Assembly (NCBI GenBank): GCA_903862255.1
Contig: CAIOXK010000020.1
Span: 1-43,194 of the forward strand
DNA from: Candidatus Nomurabacteria bacterium
GTDB taxonomy: Bacteria; Patescibacteriota; Minisyncoccia; Phycocordibacterales; UBA9973
Direction of reading: 5' to 3'
Length of the DNA stretch: 43,194 nucleotides
Shown here: piece by piece, positions 24,082-31,881 of the stretch
Layout of the letters: each line of letters starts with the position of its first letter
How positions within the stretch are numbered: position 1 is the first letter of the stretch
Notes under the pieces: model-generated
Databases searched by the model: none
What the model was told of the DNA's origin: nothing
What the model saw: only the letters and a program-made list of their open reading frames with translations
Program-made: the position numbers and the translations under genes

Positions 24082-24717
24082 TTATTTGATGTAGACAGTC
24101 ATCTTAGCGGACATGCCATTTTTAAATTCTGGATGAGCTGCAATATCGTAACGAGCCTTCACTGTGAAATTCTTTGTTTCGCGCTGATCAGAGATAGTAA
24201 AAGCTACACCTGAATCGTTTGAAGTTGGACTAATTTCATCGATAACACCAGTAAATTTCTGGCCGCCATATGCATCAACAGTAAATGTAACTGTCTGCCC
24301 TACTTTTAAATCTGAAAGACCTTTATCTTCTTCGATTGTACCAACTACGCGTAATGCTGTCGGGTTGATCATGGTAACTACTGGAGCACCTGGAGCAAAT
24401 ACCTGACCAGGAGTGTCCTGAGTGGTAATAATAGTACCTGCAACTTTTGCAGTAAGTACTTCACTACCTACACGCGCAACAGGTTCATCAACAGTAACTG
24501 TGTCACCTGGCTTCACATATACTTCTGCCAATATACCCGACGCTTCAGGGCCAATAGTAATAGTTGGTGCAGTGATTTGTGATTTGTCGATTGATACATG
24601 AGATGAAAGAGATTTCCATACCAATGCTCCACCCAACAATAGAACGATCACGATAATACCAACAAGGCTCTGTACCCATGGTTTTGAAAAAATACTTTCT
24701 TTTTGTGTTTGTTCCAT
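24082..24717 (-). CDS. HlyD/EmrA-type membrane fusion protein (short)
   Basis: TM anchor, lipoyl halves (VKPGDTV), beta-barrel (LKVGQTVTFTVDAY); the alpha-hairpin is missing. Confidence 0.8.
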   Translation of the reverse strand: MEQTQKESIFSKPWVQSLVGIIVIVLLLGGALVWKSLSSHVSIDKSQITAPTITIGPEASGILAEVYVKPGDTVTVDEPVARVGSEVLTAKVAGTIITTQDTPGQVFAPGAPVVTMINPTALRVVGTIEEDKGLSDLKVGQTVTFTVDAYGGQKFTGVIDEISPTSNDSGVAFTISDQRETKNFTVKARYDIAAHPEFKNGMSAKMTVYIK

Positions 24718-24721
24718 AAAT

Positions 24722-25699
24722 TTATTTTGTAGTAAGACTGATAACTGTTTTATTTTGAATTACAGACTGCCCTGTCTTAAGGTCAGCATCAATAAATGAC
24801 ACTGTGCCACTTGTTGGAGCAATGATAACATTGTTCTTGTAGGCACCGAGTGCCGTCTGATATACACCACGAGCGCTATCGACTGCCGCCTTAGCAGTAT
24901 TTGCTGCTGAATTTTTACCTAGATTTGCAGCGAACTGACTCAACACTTGGTCGCGCGTTGATACAGCTAAATCATAATTATTTTTATTTGTAACATATGT
25001 CGCTGACTTAATATTTGGAATATCAATAGTCCACATTGTTGCACCTGCAAATCCAGGGGCAAATTGAATATAGAGACCGCAAGTACCTATTGGTTGTGGT
25101 GTACTGTACGTCACAATACCATTACCATTTTCTAATCCTTTATATGTAAATGAGAAACCAGAGTTTGTGCCGGATGGGTACGGATCAATTTGATACGACC
25201 CCTCCGCCTCACAGTTATATGTACCAGTGATGCTTGGAATATGACTATCATCTTGTATGCTAGGCGTAGCGACAAGGCCACTTGAACGCATTGTACGAAG
25301 AGCATTTTGTACAAGCACATCTTGTTGTTTTTTTGCATTAGCGAATTGCACGTCTTGTGAAGCGTATTGTGCTTCAGCCAGCTCTAATGCACCCTTTGCT
25401 TGCGTTATAGCTCCTTGTGCATCACTAGCATCAAGCATTGCAAGCGTTTGACCTGCAGTCACATGATCGCCAGTTTTCACAGATACAGATGCTACGCGAC
25501 CACCCTTAGGAAATGCTAGGTCAACAGTATTATCTGAAGAATTTGTAACAATAGTTCCTGAAGATGTTAGTTCGGCAACTGGTGGAAGATTTACCAGAGG
25601 TGCTTTGCCAACAATACGGAACAAGACTACTGCTGCAACAACTGCAACCACTGCAACGATTGGAATAATTACTTTTGGTGTATTAAAAATTGATTTCAT
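24722..25699 (-). CDS. HlyD-like adaptor with biotin-lipoyl motif
   Basis: GGRVASVSVKTGDHVTAGQTL, coiled coil, IIAPTSGTV. Confidence 0.75.
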   Translation of the reverse strand: MKSIFNTPKVIIPIVAVVAVVAAVVLFRIVGKAPLVNLPPVAELTSSGTIVTNSSDNTVDLAFPKGGRVASVSVKTGDHVTAGQTLAMLDASDAQGAITQAKGALELAEAQYASQDVQFANAKKQQDVLVQNALRTMRSSGLVATPSIQDDSHIPSITGTYNCEAEGSYQIDPYPSGTNSGFSFTYKGLENGNGIVTYSTPQPIGTCGLYIQFAPGFAGATMWTIDIPNIKSATYVTNKNNYDLAVSTRDQVLSQFAANLGKNSAANTAKAAVDSARGVYQTALGAYKNNVIIAPTSGTVSFIDADLKTGQSVIQNKTVISLTTK

Positions 25700-25704
25700 A
25701 ATGA

Positions 25705-26136
25705 TTATTTAACAAGTGTTTTGATGATATCTGATAACTGCTGTTTCTGTTCTGTGCTTAATTTTTTGAGCATATGCATAAGCATATTCTTTTTCTTTGC
25801 GCGCAACGTTGCTGAGAGTTTTACTGCTTTTGGGGTGAGCATAATATGAATAGTGCGACGGTCTCCAGAGCTAGTATCACGCTTAACCAGTTCAAGCTCT
25901 ACCATTGTTTCAATAATACTAGTAACTGACGGTGGTGTTATTTGCAAATACCCAGCAATATCTTTCATTGAAGGATTAGTATGTTCGGCAATATAGTGCA
26001 TCACCTCCAAATGCGAAAGTGAGCAATGCAGACTGCTTGTCTCTTTTTTATACAAGTCACTCATTGTACGCTTAAATACACTAAGCAGCTCCTGTAATTC
26101 AGTAATATCAAATGTTTGGGTGGGAATATTTGTCAT
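25705..26136 (-). CDS. MarR family regulator
   Basis: wHTH (MKDIAGYLQITPPSVTSII), DRR motif. Confidence 0.92.
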   Translation of the reverse strand: MTNIPTQTFDITELQELLSVFKRTMSDLYKKETSSLHCSLSHLEVMHYIAEHTNPSMKDIAGYLQITPPSVTSIIETMVELELVKRDTSSGDRRTIHIMLTPKAVKLSATLRAKKKNMLMHMLKKLSTEQKQQLSDIIKTLVK

Positions 26137-26140
26137 ATGC

Positions 26141-26197
26141 TTAGATAAACTAACTATTAGCTAATCGAATAATATTGCAAATGAGGGTTATTGTCAA
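26141..26197 (-). promoter_or_regulatory. marR operon promoter with putative operators
   Basis: TTGACA (26197-26192), 17 bp, TATTAT (26174-26169); TTAG-N5-CTAA at 26141-26153 and an imperfect copy at 26157-26169. Confidence 0.7.
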
Positions 26198-26291
26198 TGC
26201 TCAAGAAAAAATAAAGAAAATAACCAGGTTATTAACGATTTTCGATCGCTTTTCTTAATCCCCTGTTTTATAATAAAAATACACATCATTT

Positions 26292-26966
26292 ATGCGTATT
26301 TTAGTTATAGAAGACGAAAAGGACTCACAAGACTATCTCAGAGATCGACTTAGAGAAAAAAGCTTTGCTGTTGATATTGCTGACACCGGCACTAGAGGAA
26401 TATATCTAGCCAAGACAAACGAGTACGATCTAATATTATTAGACTATGCCCTGCCCGAGAAAAATGGCTTTACTGTTTGTGAAGACCTAAGAACCTCCTG
26501 CATTCATACACCAATTATTATGATGTCTGTTTCGGATGCCTCAACCTATAAGGTACGTGGATTAAATATTGGTGCTGATGATTATGTATCAAAACCATTC
26601 TCGTTTGAAGAATTACATGCTCGCATGCAGGCAATATTGCGCAGGCCACAAGGGATACAAAGCTCATTATTAACAATTGATGATTTAGTATTAGATTCTG
26701 CCAAACAGATAGTTACGAGAGACGGCAAGTCAATTTATTTAACCCGTAAAGAATTTTCACTGCTCGAATACATGTTAAAACATAAATCAGTAGTCGTATC
26801 TCGCGGGCAAATCATGGAGCATATTTGGGATCTTGACTTAGACCCGTTTTCAAATACTATAGAGACACACATTCTTAATTTAAGAAGAAAAATTGAAGCT
26901 CCTTCGAAGACTAAATTAATTCATAGTGTTCCAGGTCGCGGATATAAAATTGATCTTATGAGATAA
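26292..26966 (+). CDS. OmpR/PhoB-family response regulator
   Basis: LVIEDE, LLD (phospho-Asp), GADDYVSKPF, and wHTH LTRKEF...HSVPGRGY. Confidence 0.95.
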   Translation: MRILVIEDEKDSQDYLRDRLREKSFAVDIADTGTRGIYLAKTNEYDLILLDYALPEKNGFTVCEDLRTSCIHTPIIMMSVSDASTYKVRGLNIGADDYVSKPFSFEELHARMQAILRRPQGIQSSLLTIDDLVLDSAKQIVTRDGKSIYLTRKEFSLLEYMLKHKSVVVSRGQIMEHIWDLDLDPFSNTIETHILNLRRKIEAPSKTKLIHSVPGRGYKIDLMR

Positions 26967-27062
26967 TTTATTCAATATTTTAATTATTTTTATCCCCTAT
27001 TTTCTATACTCTTATTGAGCTATAGAGTCGAATAGCTTATGAATAAATATATCAATCACAGT

Positions 27063-27179
27063 ATGAACAAAGTCATTGAAACCATCCTTACAGTCCCGAG
27101 TTCTCGTACTACAGAAAAAGCAAAACAGGTAGCTTATTCACAAGGTGGTTTTATACCGTGGGAAAATAGCGAAAATTAA
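27063..27179 (+). CDS. Unannotated 38-aa peptide, putative Trp-prenylated signal/RiPP precursor
   Basis: MNKVIETILTVPSSRTTEKAKQVAYSQGGFIPWENSEN*. An alternative in-frame ATG at 27039 gives 46 aa. TATACT at 27005-27010; fills the gap between regulator and kinase. Confidence 0.7.
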   Translation: MNKVIETILTVPSSRTTEKAKQVAYSQGGFIPWENSEN

Positions 27180-27198
27180 ATACTAGATAAAACATACA

Positions 27199-28665
27199 AT
27201 GAATACCCGTCATCGAAACAGCAATGCTCAACTCAACATCAGGGCTTTGCTCAGGCGAGGTATTCATTTTATGTATTTACGACTTATAGAATCAGCATCA
27301 ACAAATGAAGACATTAGACGACATGAATTTATATTAAATACTATTCTTTCGTGCACTATAGGACTACTTACAGTACTCGATGTATATATTGCAATTGCAA
27401 CAATAAAATGGGGCTCGCTATACCATGGTATTCCATTTACGTATTTTACATTTGTAATTATTATATTTATATATCTGTTTATCTTATCAAGAAAAGGCTA
27501 CCATAGAGTAAGTAGTTTTTTACTATTATTACTGTATTTTATTGGCACCACTTTTGGTGCTGTAGAGTGGTCAATCTGGCTACCGTTTATAGGTATTAGT
27601 TATGTACTAATTATAGTCTTTGCTAGTATTTTAATTTCAACTAGATTTTCTATTTATGTAACACTGCTAAATATATTCACCATTTGTTTTGTTTCTTACC
27701 TTCAGATCAAGGGTTATATACATGTAAATTTGGAATGGAAGCATTCCTGGATTTCGATGCATGAACCAATACAACTTTCGTTTGTACTATTTGTCATTAC
27801 TGCAGCTTCTTGGTTGTCTAATCGCGAAATGGAACACTCACTGCAGCGAGCGCGTATTTCAGAGCAGGCATTACTAGAAGAAAGAAATTTATTGGAAATA
27901 AAGGTTGAGGAACGAACAGCAGAATTAAAAGAGTTGCAGAAAGAAAAGATTGCTCAATTATATCGCTTTGCTGAATTTGGCAAATTATCTACTGGCGTAT
28001 TTCATGATTTAATGAATTCACTACATAGTGTCGCAAACAATGTCGAGCGACTGTCAATGTCAGAAACTAATGTACCGGAAATAAAAGAACATATTATAAA
28101 AGCCGTGAGTGCAAGTAAACGCATGGGTAACTATATTGAGACCGTTCGTAAACAAATTAGCAATAAGGAAATAGTGGCTGTGTTTTCACCTGCAAAAGAA
28201 ATTGCTGATGCAATAGATATTGTTCATTTTAAGGCGCGAGAAGCAAATGTCCAGATAACTACACAGACAACTACTGAAACCTTATTGCATGGCAATGCTA
28301 TTAAATTTTACCAAGCAGTATCTAATATACTCATGAATGCAATTGAGGCATGTGAGGAATATGGTAATGACCAAAGTCTTATTATTGTTACGCAAATATC
28401 AACCCCTACTCATATAGTGATCACTATTCGAGATAATGGCTGTGGCATGGATCCCCTAACGCAAGAACAAGTTTTTGATGCATTTTTTACCACAAAAATA
28501 TATGGCAAAGGTACAGGATTTGGACTGTCTCAAACAAAAGAAATTATTGAAAAAGAATTTGGAGGCACAATAACTGTACATAGCGTTAAAGATATTGGCA
28601 CAATATTTACAATTACACTACCAATTCGTGAGTATAACAAAACAGATTCACCAGACAATCAATGA
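27199..28665 (+). CDS. Polytopic membrane sensor histidine kinase
   Basis: About 6 N-terminal TM helices, H-box FHDLMN, N-box NILMNAIEA, DNGCG, FFTTK, GTGFGL. Confidence 0.93.
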   Translation: MNTRHRNSNAQLNIRALLRRGIHFMYLRLIESASTNEDIRRHEFILNTILSCTIGLLTVLDVYIAIATIKWGSLYHGIPFTYFTFVIIIFIYLFILSRKGYHRVSSFLLLLLYFIGTTFGAVEWSIWLPFIGISYVLIIVFASILISTRFSIYVTLLNIFTICFVSYLQIKGYIHVNLEWKHSWISMHEPIQLSFVLFVITAASWLSNREMEHSLQRARISEQALLEERNLLEIKVEERTAELKELQKEKIAQLYRFAEFGKLSTGVFHDLMNSLHSVANNVERLSMSETNVPEIKEHIIKAVSASKRMGNYIETVRKQISNKEIVAVFSPAKEIADAIDIVHFKAREANVQITTQTTTETLLHGNAIKFYQAVSNILMNAIEACEEYGNDQSLIIVTQISTPTHIVITIRDNGCGMDPLTQEQVFDAFFTTKIYGKGTGFGLSQTKEIIEKEFGGTITVHSVKDIGTIFTITLPIREYNKTDSPDNQ

Positions 28666-30475
28666 GGCATTTAGATTTATCGCATCACAACAACAAGCAG
28701 ATGGCTGTTTTTTAAGCGACTTAAATAAAAACACAACGTTTTATACTAGCTTAATACTTGCCACTAATATACATACTAAAAATGAAGACTGGTGCGTAGT
28801 TCAAAAATGTGCAGCTGATTTTGTCCTAAGTCAATGTTCCGAACTGCAAACAATTAATTACTGGGCCCGTAACAGTAATGAATATATAACTAACCCTTAT
28901 CCAGACGATATTGATGACACATTTGTTGCAATGCAGGGGTTATACAATTACGATGCATCTTTGATTACAGAAAAACGATTAGCTATGCTTATTTCACTTT
29001 TGCTGCGGCAAGAAGTTGTCGCTGGAGGACCCTATAAGACATGGATTACGTCATCACCTTCTCCTGAATGGCAAGATGTTGATGTTGTCGCCAATAGTAA
29101 TGTGGCAAGTTTTTTATCCTTACTCAATATAAACCTCCCACCATTACAAAAATATTTCGAAGGACAAATCATTAATAAAACAATGTCAAAATATTATGAC
29201 AATGAAATAGTACGGCTATACTTTATCGCCCAAGCCATAACAAATAAAGATGCGGTTATCGAAAAAATACTATTATTACAAAGCTGTGATGGTACATGGG
29301 ATACCCCTCTTCACACAGCTTTGGCCGTCAGTGCTCTTATTCGATTTAATAAAAATAATTTAAATCTTTTGCCAGCTATTCATTTTTTACTAAATACTGC
29401 TAAAAATGGCCAATGGTCAGCAACAAATCTTTATATAGAAACAATAGGCGCTACAGGGTCAACGTATAGTAGTTGTAATGCCTATATAAGCGTATGTTGT
29501 GTTGCAGCACTATCTTTGTATATAAATATGAAGGATTATAATGGCATAACTGTTGATAGAGCTGAAGTAATTTTTATTAAAAATGTTAAAGAGCATTGCT
29601 TATTAATCACAGATAATGATTTATTATCGAATCAACTGCAGTACGCACTCTCACTGTTAGCTATTAAAGACCCCCAACATGAAATACAGTTGTTATCATA
29701 TAAATTTTACCAATCATTGTTCGATAAAAAATCTGTGCCACATGAATTACCCTTACAGTTAGCTATTGCTAACACTCTAGGATGGATTGGCTATAGTATT
29801 TATGATCGAATTTTAGATAGAGAAAACTGTATAGTGCAATTGCCCTTGGCAAATGTTTGCATTGAAGCAATGACAGATATATTTCACTCAGTACTATCAA
29901 TAGAAGAATATACTATATTCAAAAGAATTATTAGTGGCATTAATGAGGCAACACTGTGGGAACATACTAACTGCACTATTATATCCGATGTATTACCAGA
30001 AACACCGCCTGATTATAATGACCTTATCGTTCTGGCCAAAAAGTCTCTTGGACACGCATTAGGCCCAATACTTATTTGCTGTAAACTAGGTGAACTTAAG
30101 CAAGCACAATTAGTTGAAGAATTTTTCATTCATTATTTAATAGCAAAACAATTAAACGACGATGCACACGATTGGGTAGAAGATTTAAGCAACGGCTTTA
30201 TTAATAGTGTGAGTACAAGAATAATCAATTATTGTAAAACTTATAATATTGAGCAGTTACAAGAATATTTTTGGAACTATCATATCGATGAAGTAGTTAC
30301 AACTATTTTTCACAACATAACTCTTGCCCGCAACATACTAAAAAAGGTTACAGCCATTGCTGACGTAACCTATTTAGATTCATTACTCACACCGCTTGAG
30401 CAATCTTCCCTTCAAGCGAAGGAAGAGCGCAATAAGACTAAGCAATTTTTACATGAATTTCAAAAAATTAATTAG
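28628..30475 (+). CDS. Class II terpene cyclase-like (DxDD, QW repeats) plus class I isoprenoid synthase/prenyltransferase-like fusion protein
   Basis: QQQADGCF, YPDDIDDT, LQSCDGTW and NGQW in the N-half; YDRILD and QLNDDAHDW in the C-half. Probable GTG start at 28628 (ORF open from 28595), overlapping the kinase. Confidence 0.75.
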   Translation: MSITKQIHQTINEAFRFIASQQQADGCFLSDLNKNTTFYTSLILATNIHTKNEDWCVVQKCAADFVLSQCSELQTINYWARNSNEYITNPYPDDIDDTFVAMQGLYNYDASLITEKRLAMLISLLLRQEVVAGGPYKTWITSSPSPEWQDVDVVANSNVASFLSLLNINLPPLQKYFEGQIINKTMSKYYDNEIVRLYFIAQAITNKDAVIEKILLLQSCDGTWDTPLHTALAVSALIRFNKNNLNLLPAIHFLLNTAKNGQWSATNLYIETIGATGSTYSSCNAYISVCCVAALSLYINMKDYNGITVDRAEVIFIKNVKEHCLLITDNDLLSNQLQYALSLLAIKDPQHEIQLLSYKFYQSLFDKKSVPHELPLQLAIANTLGWIGYSIYDRILDRENCIVQLPLANVCIEAMTDIFHSVLSIEEYTIFKRIISGINEATLWEHTNCTIISDVLPETPPDYNDLIVLAKKSLGHALGPILICCKLGELKQAQLVEEFFIHYLIAKQLNDDAHDWVEDLSNGFINSVSTRIINYCKTYNIEQLQEYFWNYHIDEVVTTIFHNITLARNILKKVTAIADVTYLDSLLTPLEQSSLQAKEERNKTKQFLHEFQKIN

Positions 30476-30710
30476 TGGTAGTATTTTGGGTTGTAGTAGT
30501 AGTTTGCTGATATGTTGTAACTGGTGTAGTGGTGTAAGTCGTCGTATGAGTTTCTACTGGTACAGTTGTACGAATAACTGGTGCTGTTCTCTCAACTGTT
30601 GTTGGGTAATACATCTGGTACACACTGTGCGGAAGAAAATAAACTGCCAAAATTACGGCTAGGATAATAATCATTACTATAATGAGCGCTCTGTTTGTAT
30701 GATCATTCAT
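30468..30710 (-). CDS. Small membrane-anchored Thr-rich protein
   Basis: One TM helix plus a low-complexity Thr tail. Confidence 0.6.
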   Translation of the reverse strand: MNDHTNRALIIVMIIILAVILAVYFLPHSVYQMYYPTTVERTAPVIRTTVPVETHTTTYTTTPVTTYQQTTTTTQNTTTN

Positions 30711-30778
30711 ATAATTCAGTAAAGCATATTTTCTCCTTTTCGTATATACTTTACTGATAATAGCTAATATATACCTAT

Positions 30779-30967
30779 ATGAATAATGACGAAATTAACA
30801 CAAATACGGAATACATTTCAGAAGATGAGTTAAATCAAATTGTGGGCAAAGACGGCGAAGCGATAGACTTAATTGAGCAAGTGCAAGAAGAGGACGCAAA
30901 AAATGCTCTTAAGGCCGGCATTATCGGTGACGATGATAATCAGCAAGATGAAATACTCGATAAATAA
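30779..30967 (+). CDS. Small acidic hypothetical protein
   Basis: 62-aa D/E-rich ORF overlapping the YihY start. Confidence 0.5.
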   Translation: MNNDEINTNTEYISEDELNQIVGKDGEAIDLIEQVQEEDAKNALKAGIIGDDDNQQDEILDK

Positions 30968-31838
30968 TATTGCTGTATTCGTCACTGAGACGTTTACTCA
31001 TTGGCAGGAAAAACGGGCTTCACGTATGGGTGCAGCTATCTCATACTATGCAATTTTTTCAATTGCACCGCTATTCATACTAATTACTACTATGGTACGA
31101 GCTATCTTTGATAGTCATACGACGACTCTGGCTATTGCTCGTGCGTTAAACATAACTATCGGTAGCAATCTAGCGGCGGTAATACAAGGCTTAATAAATA
31201 AAAGCTATATTACTAATGCTGGAGTAATAGCAACAATTATTGGGGGGCTTATACTTATCGTAGCAGCACTAAGTGTGCTTGCAGAATTAAATAATGATTT
31301 GGATGAATTATGGCAATTACCAGAAGGCCGCGCTCCGTTAAAAAACACCCCGACACAGACAGTGGTGCACTTTATTCGTGAACGATTTATTTCGCTATTT
31401 CTGATCCTTATCTGCGGTATATTATTGTTATTTTCTGTAGCATTTACAGTTTTGTTATCATTTTTCCATGGCACAACATTACTATTACTACACAACAGTT
31501 TCTTGACCGGAGGGGCGAATAGTATTGCAACACTAATTATAACAACAGTACTATTCAGTTTGGTTTACAAGATATTACCCGATACAAAATTACCAACTAA
31601 GGAACTATTTTGGGGAGCATTTGGTACTGCGCTTCTTTTCTTGATCGGTAAGTTTCTAATTTCTTGGTATATTTCTGCGTATGGCGGCATTGATGAATAT
31701 GGTGCAGCAGGGTCAATTGTGGGATTATTATTATGGATTTATTATTCCGCTCAGGTATTTTTTATTGGAGCATCAGGAACGTTTGTTTATTCAAAAAAAT
31801 ATGGATACCTTGCAAGGAATAAGCTTATTGTAGATTGA
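30948..31838 (+). CDS. YihY/BrkB family membrane protein
   Basis: GAAISYYAIFSIAP, YKILPD, YGAAGSIVGLLLWIYYSAQ; start trimmed to MKYS. Confidence 0.92.
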   Translation: MKYSINNIAVFVTETFTHWQEKRASRMGAAISYYAIFSIAPLFILITTMVRAIFDSHTTTLAIARALNITIGSNLAAVIQGLINKSYITNAGVIATIIGGLILIVAALSVLAELNNDLDELWQLPEGRAPLKNTPTQTVVHFIRERFISLFLILICGILLLFSVAFTVLLSFFHGTTLLLLHNSFLTGGANSIATLIITTVLFSLVYKILPDTKLPTKELFWGAFGTALLFLIGKFLISWYISAYGGIDEYGAAGSIVGLLLWIYYSAQVFFIGASGTFVYSKKYGYLARNKLIVD

Positions 31839-31844
31839 TTCAAT

Positions 31845-31881
31845 AATAAAAACCCTCGTTATAGCGACGAGGGTTTTTATT
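31845..31881. terminator. Bidirectional terminator
   Basis: AATAAAAACCCTCGT-N7-ACGAGGGTTTTTATT between convergent genes. Confidence 0.85.

Noticed and set aside
28628..30475. Calling the enzyme a squalene-hopene cyclase (shc)
   Set aside because: Only one QW-repeat domain is evident, the C-half has class I Asp-rich motifs instead of a second barrel, and there are no hpn genes nearby.
30478..30605. GTA/GTT-rich low-complexity tract
   Set aside because: Simply Thr codons of the minus-strand ORF.
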